A stretch of 64,000 nucleotides of DNA from Phaeosaccion multiseriatum (Eukaryota > Protista > Ochrophyta, other classes). The stretch is from assembly GCA_965112735.1 (NCBI GenBank), contig OZ218953.1, forward strand, positions 310,001 through 374,000, in the 5' to 3' direction. Made by a program: the position numbers and the translations under genes. Below are positions 13,701 to 26,788 of this stretch, one piece after another. How positions within the stretch are numbered: position 1 is the stretch's first letter; each line of letters opens with the position of its first letter. Under the pieces are notes generated by a model, which worked only from the letters and a program-made list of their open reading frames with translations, was not told the origin of the DNA and ran no database searches.

Positions 13701-16700
13701 GACGCCTTCGAGGTAAGGGAAAAAGAGGGGGAGACAGTGGGGACGGATACACATGGTGTGCTGACGCAAACTGACTCACAATCAATCAACCATTTGTGAT
13801 GTGTGTATACCCTACTGGTACTGCAGGTGGGTGTGGAGCAGTCGTCTCTGCTGATCCTCCTCAACATGGCCAATGCGGTGCTCGCCGCCGCCTCCCCAAG
13901 CAGCAGTAGTAGTAGCAACAGCAGCAGCAGCGATGGTGGAGAAGGAGAGGGAGGGGGAGCGCCAGCACACGACGCAGACAGCCACACGCTGCTCGGGCAT
14001 GGCGTAGAGCGAGAGGCGGAGGGGAGGGGGAGGAGGAGGGAGAGCTCGGGGGCCGCCTCCGTGGACGAGTCGGGCGGCAGCATGGGAGGGAGCAAGAAGG
14101 CGGGGGCGAGCGACCGTGGACAAGGCAGGTCACCAGCGAGGAGAGGAAGGTAAGGAAGGGGGAGACAGGAACGAAGCAGTAGACTCCTCCCCATTGAATT
14201 TCTCGATATGAGACTTGACTTAACTCTTTTGTCTTTCCTTTTCCCCTTTCGTGCTTGGTTTGGTGGCCAGCAGCGGCTCTGCCGGACAAAAGGTCGTGGT
14301 GCCAGAGCGCTCCCTGCTCGTGGCTGTGAGCCTCAACAGAGCTGCCTTCTGCTTGAACGACAGTGGCAATGGTGTGGCCGCAGTTGACCTTGAGAGAATC
14401 GGCGTCACGTTGAAGGTACAATAAGAAGGATGTCGTCCCATCACAACTCGTTAGTGACTCGCCTTTGCCTGACCCCCTCCCCCCCCTCTCCCTCTCCCCG
14501 TCTGTCTCAGGTGGACACGCAGGCGGCGCAGCTGACAACGACGCTGCGAAACATTCGCCTCTATGATGTTATCACCGTCTCCGCGCCTACACCGGGCGAG
14601 AGACTCGCGGCAGCAGTGGCAGCAGCAGGAGAAGGAGGAGGAGGAGGAAGAAGACCGAAGGGAGGCCGGGGTCAGCAGCCGGTGCATGCTCCGCCCCCGG
14701 GGGGAGGGGTCGATGCTATCAGCCTCGATGGCGACGGCAGCGGATACCTCCTCCGTGAGGTGTTTGGGGGACAGAGGGGCAACCGCCACCACGACGCCGA
14801 CGACAAGGACGAGTCCTGTGAAGAGGAGGACCTATCTAGCTCGGCGAGTCTGGACGAAAGCAGCAGGGGCGGGGGCAGGCGGCCTTCCTCTACGGCGCTC
14901 ATGAGTGCAACCCTGCAAGTGGAAGGACCCATGGCTCTGCTCTTGTTCGGGGGCAAGGGGGAAGCGGGGCACGACGACGTGGTGGAGGTGGGCGTGAAGG
15001 CGGAGATGCGAGTGCGGGGCCTCGCAGTGGTGGCCAACATGCCCTTCGTGGCCAAGGCGCTGAGGTACGTCCTGCAAGGGGCGCTCTTCACGCACCTCCA
15101 GCAGCACCAGGCGAGTGCTCCGGCGGCGACCGCAGCGGCGACGGCGACACAAGAGGACCCTCCTTCGCCGAGGGATGCGTTACCGCCAGACTCGGAGGAG
15201 GCGTTGTCCAGTATGCCCTCTGACTTGAATGGAGTGAGAGTCAGACTTCGCCTCAACGTGGCGCTTGACATTGTGCAGCCGATGCTGCGCGTGCCCTTGA
15301 CAGAGGAGGAGGAAGTGCGGCTGGAGGTAGGGGCGATTGTGCTGCAAGCCCAAAGCCTTTGTCTGACAGCGCCTTCGGACGTGACGGTGGAGCTGTGCGT
15401 GGCTGGAGTGAAGTTGGTTGCGCTGCTGCCTAGGCGCTGCGAGGTGGTGCCGGCGGCTCATGTTCGAGTGCTCGTACTGCTTCCCGGGGTACTGCCTGAG
15501 CTGGACGGGGAGGAGGAGACTAGGCGAGGCGAGCGCCGAGAGAGGCCGGAGGGGGTGGAGGCGCGTCCCTTCTGCCCCTTCGCTTGGCACGAGGAGCGAA
15601 AAGCACTACCGCTCGCGGGGCAGCAAGAGGAGCGGGAAGACTCGCAGAGCGCGAGAGGGAGACGGAGGCGGAGAGGGAGAGGGAGAGGGAGAGGGAGTCT
15701 ATGGGGCGAGGGCGAGCACGACCCGCTGCTGCAGCGTTTGTGCTTGTGGATGGCCCAGGGGGATGTGGCCAAGCTTCACATGAGCCCCCCGCCTCAGTTA
15801 CTGCCCGATGCCAGCGACAACAAGGCTCCCCAGGTGGTGGTGTCTGTGGGGCTTTTGGCAGTGGATCTTTCGCCAGACCCGTTGTGCCTCCTTGCCTTGC
15901 TTGGCGCAGCGTACGGGGAGGCCTACCAAGGCTTGTCGCCCCTTCTGGCACCTGCTGGGCATGGTGCCTCGCCCCGTACTACTGCCGAGCCTTCTTCTGC
16001 TATGGGAGGGTCCTTCTTTGGAAGCGAAGACGCAGTGCAACCCGGACAGCCCAAACCCCTGTCAGGCCTGAAACTGCTGGCGGCGTTGGAGATCAACTGC
16101 GTGTCCATCGCCGTCCGCGGGGGAGACTCTGCGAATGTGGGTGTGGGTCTCGGCGGGAGGGAGGAGAAGGGAAAGCATCATGTTGTTCACCCTCGCGTTC
16201 ATCGCCGTCGCCGCGAGCAGCAGCAGCAGCAGATGGCCCATGTTCACGGAGGAGGGATGCAAGCGACGCAGGCTGATGAGGGGGCTGGAAGTGAAGGCAC
16301 GGACTGCGGAATGGTGCTCCTCTGGGAGGTCACAGATGTCGTGGCTGGGGTCGAAGTTAGCGATGCTGTGACAGCCGGTGGCCGGCCTGGGTCAGGCACA
16401 GAAGAGGGTAAGGCGGGGACGTGTAGAGTGGAGGCCGGCGTCGGGGCCGTGTCGCTGTTCGACGGACGCACATGCCGTGAGGGGCTCTACGATCGGCTTT
16501 TCGGGAAGGTGCGTATCGTTGTTCTTCCTGTTGCAGTGAGTGCGATGTCTTTCCCTTGTGGCCCACCTCGCTCAACCTTCCGTACATCACATGCCTGCTT
16601 TGTTTGTTCTGTCCGTCCTCCTCCTCTAACGAGCAGGGAGCCCTCTCGAGCCGCTCGGGGAGCTCTGCGGGAAGAAGCAGAGGCAATGGTGAGCACAAGG

Positions 16701-19700
16701 GGGGCGCTTGTGGACACCGTCCTATGGTGTGCCGTCCTATGGTCTGTCTGATCTTGTGTGGGGTTCTGATGAATGCATCTCGCTGCGTCGTCTTTCCTCT
16801 TCTGTACCTCTCCCTTCCCTTCAGGCGGCGGAGACGGAGGAAGTACCAACACGTGTACCGCGGCCTCCGAGGCGCACATGCACGTCGTCGTCGAGCTCGT
16901 GCCGGACGGCGGGAGTGAGAGTGCCGCTCTTGGTTCGCTTGATGCAGGAGTCGTATCCAGCCTGAGTACCACCACGGTGATGACAGGGGTCTATCGCTGC
17001 CGCGTTGCCGCACAAGTGCGCCCTACTCAGTATGTGCTGCTGCCCGCGCCTCTGCTCCAGTGCCTCGATCTTGCCTCGTCCGCGGGGCGGATGCTCTCCA
17101 CTAAGCAGGCCGCTCTTGAAGGAGAGTTACTCTTCACTGGGAGCAGACTGCGGGCCTTCGCGTCATCGCCCTCCACTTCAAGCGGAGGCGGCGAGCCTCT
17201 CGTGCACAGCGCGACCAGCGCCTCTGTAATTGGGAGTTTGCACTCCCCACAACCCATGGCTCGGCGGGCATTGAGTACGGGAGAGTGGGGAGACAGCTCC
17301 CCAGCCTCTCCCACAGGAGCGACGGCCTGCCCGCCGGGTCTGTCCCTGTCCGTTGAGACTACTCTGACGGCCGAGTCTGGCGGTGCTGCTGCTCCTCTTC
17401 TGCCGACACTCGCTCTGCCCTCATGGTTGGGCGCCATCGAGGCCAGTGTAACGCTGGCGCCATTGGAGGTGTGGCTGCCCGACAGCGCCTTTTCAGGGCA
17501 GGCGGTGGTGCTGTCGTGCGGATTGGGGACCGTGGCCGAGGTCAGCCTTGGGACTTTGACGGCGCATGCGGCACACCAGCAGCACGTACACCCCCCAGCA
17601 CCCATTGGCGCTGAGACTAGCGGCAGTCAGAGCAGCAGCGTCGACGGTGGAGTTCAAGTGCTTGAGCGTGTCGGGAGAGTGGTTACCGCTACAGTTTCTG
17701 TCGATAAGTTCGGGTTGTGCGCAGCGAGAGCTGGGAAACTGGCTTTTTCTTCCGCTTCAGAGGTCAATCGCTCGGTCCGTCCGCTCCCGCCGCAGGTCTC
17801 GTCTCCAACGACCCCTTTCTCTTATCCGTTTTCGGGCGTTGCTTCTACCCACGCTGGCACGCATGACGCCCGGGCGAGGGAGGTGAAGGCACCGCCACAG
17901 ACTGCGACCAGGAGGGAGGAGACGAAGAGATTGGCGGCACCTGAGCAGAGGAAGAGAGAGGCTCGAAGCCTAGAACCTGCCTCGAGGACAGTCCACGGCA
18001 GTGGCGCCTGTGTCTCTACAGGCCTGAAGCGAAGGGACAGCTTCTCAAGAGTGAGCCTCGCTACGCACACCCCTGCGGAGGGGTCCCGCTGGAGCTCTGC
18101 GGTGGTGACTCGGGCCAGAGGAGTGGTGTTGTATCAGATAGTCCGACCTTTCGACCTCAGCCTGGCGTATGGCCTGCACATCGTCGGGGAGGGGCAAGGA
18201 CCTGAGCAGGGGACTGGCGAGGTGGCCCCACTCCCAGCCCGGACCCTCTCTCTGCAGCACGCAGTGAATGTTTCGGGTGGGTTTCTGAAGGTGGACGTGA
18301 GCGTGGACTTTCGCTTGCCCTTGGCCGTGTTGGAGCACTCCCTCACCCCTTTCCTTGCTTTAGGGAGCCAGGAGGTACCAGGGAGGGGGGAGGTGGGCGA
18401 GCAGCAGCAGCAGCATGGACGAACACACTCACCACTTCCTCAGCAGCAGCATAAGCAGCAAAGGCATAAGCAGCAGCAGCAGCAGCGGCAGCAGCACCAA
18501 CAACCACTACATCAGCAACAGGAACAGAGGCGTGGCAGCAGCGCGGGTGGCGACTTGTTCTACAGCAGCTTTGTGAACGACAGCGGCAGGACCTTAATGC
18601 GGAGTCGCTCCAGTGACTCCGGGGGGTCGTTGTCGGGCAGTCTTAGTTCCTCGGGGGCTGCAACGGACGGACCACCCTCGGCGTCCAGTCTGCCCACCCT
18701 GGCTCTCTTGCAGCGCTTGGTGGCGTTGTCCAGCGTACAGGCGTCGCTGTGCGTGGAAGGCTTCAGTCTGTCCGTGCTAGACAGGCTCGAGGTGACCTCT
18801 CACTCGGACTCGCCCCTTCTCGTGCTCAAAATGGAGCAGATCAAGGGCCAGGCTAGTGTATCGACGGGGCTGGAGACCGTGGAGGCGAGCTTGTGCCTCC
18901 CCCTGCGGGCAGATTACCTTAACGTGGGCCTCGACGCCTGGGAGCCCTTCTTGCAGCCGTGGAAACTAGAGGCCCTCTTTAGCTCTGACCCAGGGGGGAC
19001 TACTGCAGGTGGTGATGAAGGTCTTGGTCGGGACGAGAGGCGCCACAGCAGCAGCAGTAGTAGCGGCCAAGAGCCTGCTGCCTTCTCTGCTGCCTCACAT
19101 CCTCAGATACGGCCCACCTGTAAGCTGCGCTTCAAAGCGGAGGAGCAGCTCAAAGTAAACGTGACGGAGGCCTGCCTGGGGACTGTGGCCGGGATGGCAG
19201 TGAGCGTTCAGAAGCTCCTCCAGGCACAGCAGCCACGGCCATCGGAAGGGGCCTCAGGAGCCGCAGACAAGGGGCCCTTCTCACTGCAGCAGCATCGAGA
19301 GGTGCCCTTCTCGCTGCAGCAGCATCGGGTCAGAAACGAGACTGGTATGGTGCTGGACTTGCAGCTACTGCCTTCAGAGGAGGATGAGGACGAGGACCGT
19401 GGCGACCTCAGCTCACACCTTAGCACCACCGTCCTCCCTCCTGGCGTGGAGCAGCCCCTAGCCTTCCTTGGGGTGTGCGCACACATTGGGGGGCCCAACG
19501 AGGGTGATCGTAAGTCCAACTTGGGAGAAGCGTTGGGGGAGGACCAGGTGCAGGTATTGTCGTTGGTGATACGCTCCGATGACGGGCATCTGTGGAGGTC
19601 GGAGGGTATGTTGAAGGTGGATCTGACACGCACCACGAGTCACTTTCTCAGGAGAGACGGAGACTCCGGAGCGAGCAGCAGGAGCAGCACCAAGGAGAGG

Positions 19701-22700
19701 CGCTCGTTGTCTTTCCCGACTGATGGGCCGGAGGAGCAAGGGCAAGAGCAACAGCAACAGCCAGGCCAGCTCAATGGCGGTGAGCTCGTGCACATGCGCG
19801 ATGACAAGATTGCAGAGCCCCGCCCGCTTCGGCTGCTGGCCCTTGTGGAGTCTGTACGAGGCTGCAGTGTGCTGAGGCTGTGCAGTCCGTTGCTCATTCG
19901 CAACCACTTGGGGGACGGAGTGGTGCTTCGCGCAGCTGTGAGGAGTGCAGGTGAGTGAGGTTGAGGGGTGGCGGAGGAAGGACGCAAAGGTCGGAGAGGT
20001 TATTCGAGGGGCGTTTTGGTGTTTGGCATTCTCTCTCTCTCTCTCCCTCCCCACCTGCCTGAATGTTACTGACAGAACAACCCAAACTCTGCGTGATTTT
20101 GATTGATTGGGCGGCCCCGTCGCAGGCTGGGACATTGAAATCCCATCGGGCCAGGACCGCACGGTGCCGCTGAGTGTGGCGGCAGCCCTCCAAGATGAAG
20201 AGGGCAACAGCGTGCTCTCTCTGCGGCCCGTGCCCGGAGGGAGCGGAGTCGTGTTCGAGGAGGAGGTCGTGAGTGTCAAAGAACTGGGCGACGAGACAGG
20301 TTGGTTCATGGGTTCGCGCGTCTCTCTCTCGAGGTCGTCTCTTCTCCTCAAAGAGGAGGTGTTAAACGTCTGAAGCATGTTAGGAGGGCACGGCAAGAGT
20401 CAATCCACCAACGACCCCTACCTCCCACCTCCCACCTCCCACCCGCCCACCCACCCACCCCCCCTCCGTTCTTACGTGCGCCTGTTTCCATCACTTCACT
20501 TGTTGCCAGGCCCCCAATCGGGTACTCTTCAGTTCTCCGACTCGCGGTCCGAGCAGCAACGGCAGCACGACTTGTTTTGTCGCTTGGAGGTGGGCAGAGA
20601 AGCGGAGCAGGCGTTGGTGCTGACCCTCGCCGCGCCCATGTTGGTTCGTAACCTCCTAGCCGCTGCAGCAGACGTCAAGCTTGCTGGTACGCAGATGCGG
20701 GGTGTGCTGAGCAGCGGCGAGGCGGGTGCAGCGTCAGAGTTGGGGCTGAATGGGATGGCAGCAAATGGCAGGTGCGCAGAGGCCACAACCGCCACAAGCA
20801 AGGCAAGCAAGCCGGCCAAGGAGGCCGTCATGCTCCCGTGGGAAGTGTCCATGGCTGTGAAGCAGGGCTCGGCGATGCCGCTGCTCAGTGCACACCCCTC
20901 AGACGAGGTGTCCCTCTCCATCCGCCTCCCGGGCTTCAACTGGAGCGAGGCCTTTTGCGTGCAGGAGGCTGGGGCCAGGGACCAGGACCGAGGATGCCAT
21001 TTTGGGCGAGGAGGGGTCAGCAGGAGCAGCAGCAGGAGTAGTAGCAGGGTGATCAGTAGGGTCAGCAGCAGCAAGAGCATGGTGAATCTCAAGGCCGGGG
21101 GCGAAGCAGCAGCGGCAGCAGCAGCAGTGGCAGCATCACAAGCGGGGGCAGCAGTGAGCGGAGGAGGCGAGGAGGAGGAGTCTTCTTCCTCCCACCGCGG
21201 AGTGATGGTGCGAGATGCGCAGGGCAGGAGCCTGAGCGTGTGCGTGGACGTGTCCCTGCGTGGTGGGGTGCGTGAGGTGGTGCTGTGGGTGCCATACTGG
21301 CTCGTCAACGCCACCTCTCTGCCGCTCGTGCTCCAACACGACCCCGACGCCGTCACGGATGAGGCGCTCAAGGGCCTCGCGGCAGGCCAGATGGCAGTAG
21401 ACGGGGGGGGAGAACCCTCCCCCAGTAAAGGGGTAGGCGCAGGCGGAGGGAAGAAGAGTGGCAAAGGCGGCGGCAAATGGGGCGGAGGAAGCGGGAATTG
21501 GGGGGGAGGCAACAAGCCAGGCCGCCAGGAGAAAGCGAAGTTCGACGAGGAGCTCAATGAGGGCGGGGGAACCCCGTCTGGCACGCGACGCAAGCTCTTC
21601 GCCCCGCGGCGCCAATCGAACGGTCTAAAGGACCTGCTGGCAGAGGGGGGCATCGGTGTTGGGGGAGACCTTGCAGCCAATGGAGAGGACTACTTGGCAC
21701 AGCATCATGGCGCTGCGGGGGCTGTCGGGGGCGCTCAAGGCCTGGAGGAGGACTTGCGGCGGTACAATATTCTCATGATGTGCTACTCCACACTCACCAA
21801 AGGTATGTATTCGGATAGTATGTCGCCTCTTTGTGTAGCAGGCAGGCAGATAGGCTCTGTGATGTAGGAGGTGTGTGTAGGCCTTTTCATCTTGTGCCGC
21901 ATGCACGGACGCAGCTCTGAGTCACTTCGCCCCTCTTGCCTCTTGCTCACTCACCCCTTGTCGTCTGCTCCTGCCTTCCTTGCCTTGCCCTCCTTTCGCT
22001 CAGACGAGGAGCAGGGGCGTGCGATGGTGCGTCTGGGACGGCAGGACTCTTCCGCATGCCCCCCGTCTTGCTGGTCCCGCCCCTTCGATATGGACCAGCT
22101 GGGCAAGGACGCCGTTTTGGTGGTCAGGGGGGGAGGAGCGGGGCCCTCTTCAGGTGCGTGTCGTGCGTGAGAAGGGGCATATGGGCATTGTATCTATAGA
22201 CAGAAAGAGCTCGCCTATAGCCTTGGCCGGCCGAGGCGAGGGCCTCCCTCGGGCGACCCATCAATCTATCCCCAGGCATTGGGGGGTCTTTTGTGACGAA
22301 AGCCCGTCTCTGCTCCTCAACTTCCCCTTTCCCCTCTCCTCCCGACTCCCTTCTGTGCTTGCAGGGGGCTGGTGGAGGAGCCGCCGATGGGGCGCAGGCA
22401 AGCGCCAGACCTTCCACAGGGGAAACGAAGGTCCGTGGACTTTGTTCCTTCTTGCGTCGGGCGCGCTCTTTTCGTTTCTTGTCGCCTGCGTGTGTGGTTG
22501 CGTGCGTGCGTGCGTACGTGCGTGCGTGCGTACGTGCGTGCGTGCGTGTGTGTGCCCTTGACTGCTGCCGCACTGCTGCGCTTCCTTTGGGCCCTCTGTG
22601 ACTCTAATTCTCTGTCCCTCCTTGTGGTGTGCGTGTTTGCGCATCTGCTGCCTTCCTCTCTTACTTAGCCTACGTGATGGGCGTGTCCGTAAAGGCCGCG

Positions 22701-23330
22701 CCGGGGCCCTTCCACCGCACCAAAGTGGTGTCCCTGACGCCTCGATACGTCATGGTCAACCTGCTGGGGAGAGCCATCGAGGTCAAGCAGGCAGGCGTGC
22801 CCCCCAACCATAGGACCTCCGTACCCAAGGATGGTCAGACGGCCTTCCATTGGTCGGACGGAGGCAGCGCCCGGCAGCTCGAGCTCAGACTGGAGGAGAT
22901 GGGGTGGGACTGGAGTGGGCGCTTCTCTCCGGACGGGCTTGGGGAGGACATTACTCTGCGACTGCGGAACGTCAGCCACGGAATGCTGTTCGTGCGCGTG
23001 GAGGTGGTGCCACAGGGCCCCACTCTCATGGTCGTGTTCCGGAGGGAGCTACCCAACTTCGCCCCCTACCGCATCGAGAACGAGAGCTTCGAGCGCCTCT
23101 CTCTACGACAGGTTGGTGCTTGATGCATCACAGCGGGCCTAGTGTGACCTTGTGTGACTTTGTGTGACCTTGTCTGACCTTGTCTGGCCGCGTGGGGGAA
23201 GGGCTGCGCACGCTCACAGAGAGAGGGCGGCGCACACACGACTTGCAGTTCTTTCTTGCCTGTTCTCTCTCTCTCACACACACCTGCCGTCTTTCTTTTA
23301 CCTCTCGCTGTCTCTCGCTCTCTCCTCTCT

Positions 23331-23364
<34 letters not shown>

Positions 23365-26094
23365 CGTGTATATGTATGTATATATATACAGGTCGGCGTG
23401 GACAACATCGTGGAGACGCTCCTCCCGTACCACTCCTGCGCCTTCACCTGGGACGAGCCCACCAAGCCGCACCTCCTCGTCGTGGAGGCGCAGAGGCCAA
23501 TCGAGAAGGGGCCGGAGCAGCACCAGGCCGATGTGGGCGGGCAGCTGGTGGGGGAGATCTCGCTGGACAGACTGCGCCGCTACCCCAACGGGCTCAACGG
23601 GACTCTAGGGGTGGAGGTGGTGGCGGACGGGCCGGTGCGTGTGCTCCGCTTCTCGGATGCACGCTTCACCGCCCAGGGAGGGCAGGACGAAGCCGGGAAG
23701 GGGGGGGGGGGAGGGGCCTTTGTGCCTATCCGGTCCACTCGCTCCTTCCCTTCGGTGGGTGGGCCCGCGAGGGAAGGTGGTGATGGCTTGGAGGAGGAAT
23801 CGCCGGCTGTCACGAACCGCCCGGTGCTGCGGCTGCTGCCCATGCTCAAGCTGCAGCTGGAGCTGGAAGGTGTGGAGCTGTCTGTGGTCAACTCCACTCC
23901 GATGGAGATGATGCTCTTGTCGGTGGGTGGCATCCGCCTGACCTACAGCCACAGCGAGGCGGAGGAGGTGGTGGACCTGACCGTCCGGAGCGTGCAGGTG
24001 GACAATCAACTCAGCGTCACTCCCTACCCCGTGCTGCTGCGCACTTTGCATCACCCCTTCCTCTCCGCGGTGTTGGTGCGTGAGTTTGGCTATGAGGGTA
24101 TCAACTTTGTGCGTCTGCTGCGGCTGGGGCTGAGTCCCATGGAGATCAATGTGGATGCGCAGCTGCTTCTGGCGCTCGTGGGCTTTGCCAACCGAATTGT
24201 GGAGAAGCTCGAGGTGCAGCCGCCGTCGCTGGCAGCCGGGCAGGGGCAGTCCTACGGGCAGTTCTATGGGCAGTCCTATGGGCAGGGGCAGCTCCGGCTC
24301 GATCTATCTGCCGTGACGACGCTCAGCGCTCAGAATCGGAACAGCATACAGACGCGCAGCAGGTGCGGCGCGCTCCTAGAAGGAAGCAAGGAAGGAAGAC
24401 AGCCAATAGACAGGGGAGGGGGGCGGGTTTCGAGTGAATTGGTTTTTTCCCCTCTTGTCTAAATCCCCCTCCTCAACTCAAGCCCCCTCCTCCTCCTCCT
24501 CCTCCCCCCCCGCAGACTGTACCTGGACAAGTTTGAGATTGACCCCATCTGCCTGGAGGTGTCCTTCCGAGCAGGAGAGCTTGCCCACTGGCACAAGCAC
24601 TCTCCCCTCAAGCATCTCCTCGAGGCCATCTACTCCCCGCTTCTCAGCGCCTTTGGCAACATCGAGAATGTGCAGCTCAACCTGCGGTCCGTGGGGCTGC
24701 AGCAGACTTTCGCCTCCACGCAGGAGCTCGTCAAGAAGCTTGTGGCACACTACTACGGACAGGCGGCCCGGGCTACCAACCTCCTGCTCTTTTTGGGCAG
24801 TGTGCGCGTGCTCGGCAACCCCATGGAGCTTGCCAAGAACGTCAGCAGAGGCATCACGGACTTCAGGAGCGAGGTCTTGGCCGGTGAGTGAGTGAATGGA
24901 ACGAATGGATCCCCCCCCAAGTGGCTTAGCTCTGGAGTTCCTAGTCCCCTCTTACTGCTGCTGCCCATCTATCTGACTGTGTCCCACACCTGCCGCACCG
25001 CACCACACCCACAACCACAAACCACAACAGGCCTGCGCCGCTCCCCCCTGGCGTTCTTGTTCGGCTTGAAGCGCGGCACCTCTTCGCTCGTGTTCCGCCT
25101 TGTGTACACAGTCTCGCAGGGGGCTCGCAGCATCCTGTCCTCCCTCACCAGCGGCCTCCTGGCCACTCGTGCCGTGGATCTCCATCTCGAGGACGGACGC
25201 GTGATCCGCCCCAGCGCCTGGGTGCTCGACGGAATCGTGCTCGGGCTCGTGGGGGCGGTGAGTGAGCCTGTGCTGGGGCTCCAGAACGGGCTTCTCGGCC
25301 TCATCAAGGGGCTCACCACGGGACTGGTGGGGCTTACCTTTAAGCCGGCGTACGGTGCGCTGCTGTGTGCGTCCAACGTGTGCCGCCTCACATCCAAGGT
25401 GGTCCTGCCTCACTTGGACCAAGAGCAGAAGCGACGCATGCGCAGGGCCAGGCCTCCGCGTTTCCTATATCCCAACAGGGCCATGGGCATGTATTGCGCG
25501 AGGGAGAGCTTGGGGGAGGAGCTGCTGAGCCTTGTGAGGGTGGGCAAGTACAGCTCAGATGGGTATGTCTGGCACTGCGATGTGTATGAGAGCGACGACA
25601 CACCCGCCGCCAGGATGGTGCTCTCGCTCAGAGGGCTCAGGCGGGGGCTGCTGGAGGCCTTCAAAGGAGGAGGAGGCGCGAGGGGAAGGGCGAGTAGCAG
25701 CAGCAGGGAGGGCGAGGGGGAGGGGGAGGGGGAGGAGGAGAGAGACGCGCGGAGGCGTGCGAGGGTGGCGCTGCTGACGGGGCGACGCCTGCTCATGCTG
25801 CACCGCGGGGAGCTCGAGTGGGAGCTTGCCTTTGACAGGATTGTGTCGGTGGAGCTCAGGGACTTCCTCGTCACTGTGTATCACATCGGAGGGGGCCGAG
25901 AGGGAGGCGGAGGAGGGGGGGGGAGGACGAGAGTGAGAGGAGGCGGGGGAGGGGGACGTTCCGGTGGCGGTGGCGGCGACGGGGGCTTGCGCTTCGCCAT
26001 TCGCTCCATCCACTGCTTCGACCGAGGAGAGGCTGCGGAGCTGAGGGATAGGCTCAACAAGGCCTCTCTCTGCACCCTTAAACACAAGTTCTGA
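5215..26094 (+). CDS. VPS13: VPS13-family bridge-like lipid transfer protein, many exons
   Basis: Chorein-N start (LGEYVE..LKVGVWNGLVVLENLNVK..GQVGRLELKIPW); VHIRYED; WWMYAI; APVLLIP..LLVVDLGR; NFYDVF; ADYLNVGLDAWEPFLQPW; VAB/SHR-BD repeats (LWVPYWLVNATSLPL, WSRPF, TKVVSLTPRYVMVN, PYRIENES, FTWDEP); QVDNQL..PYPV; VLGNP; ATG2_C-like Gly-rich helices; RRARPPR; PH-like C-terminus; TGA 26092-26094. Internal exon boundaries are approximate. Confidence 0.95.
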
Positions 26095-26788
26095 AGCCCG
26101 CTCTCCAAGAGGGTGCAGACCTTGTTAAATGATTTATATCGCTTTAAAATAATACATAACAAGATAAAGAAGATGAAGGAAGAAGAGGGGAATTTTAGAC
26201 ATTACTTTTAGACAATCATAGATGGCACTTAAAGGGTGTAATCGATCTTAGATGTAAAAAGCTGAGGTGGGTGCGGCAGGCAGAGGGGGGGAGAGGAGTA
26301 TCGAGGGAATGAGATGGTGCTCTCTCTCTTCTCACTGCTCCCTCGAGAGAGAGCATGGCGGGTCGGTGGGAAGGGGGAATGATCTTCAATTTTGAATTCG
26401 CGCCCGTGTGGTCGCTTGGGAGACGGAAAGGATGGGGAATGAAGCGGACAAAAGACCGAGAAAGAGACACCAGAGGACGGGAGATGGTGCTGGGGGCGTG
26501 GGTCTTCTGCTTTTCCGTGCGCAGATGCTAGGACGGGAGCGACATGGGGGCTGTTTGGGGAAAGTTGGGATTGAAGAGCGAACGAGGAGTAGGGAATAAG
26601 GGGACATCCTGCGTGGATCCTTGGAGTGAGGGTCGGATGCTCTTCCTCGTCCAGGGTGTAGAGGTGGCTGATGCCTTTCTCCTTCGCCAAAAGGCTTGCC
26701 CCCGTAACTGCCTGATTCCGGCTACCCCTCTCCTCCCTCTCCCATTTCTGTCGCAGCTTGGTGCCCTTTACACGGACCTTGGGAAGAT

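Noticed and set aside
7001-26085. Long antisense ORFs over VPS13 (e.g. 7001-7948, 19458-20396, 20529-21680)
   Set aside because: Shadow frames of GC-rich, low-complexity exons with no independent motifs.
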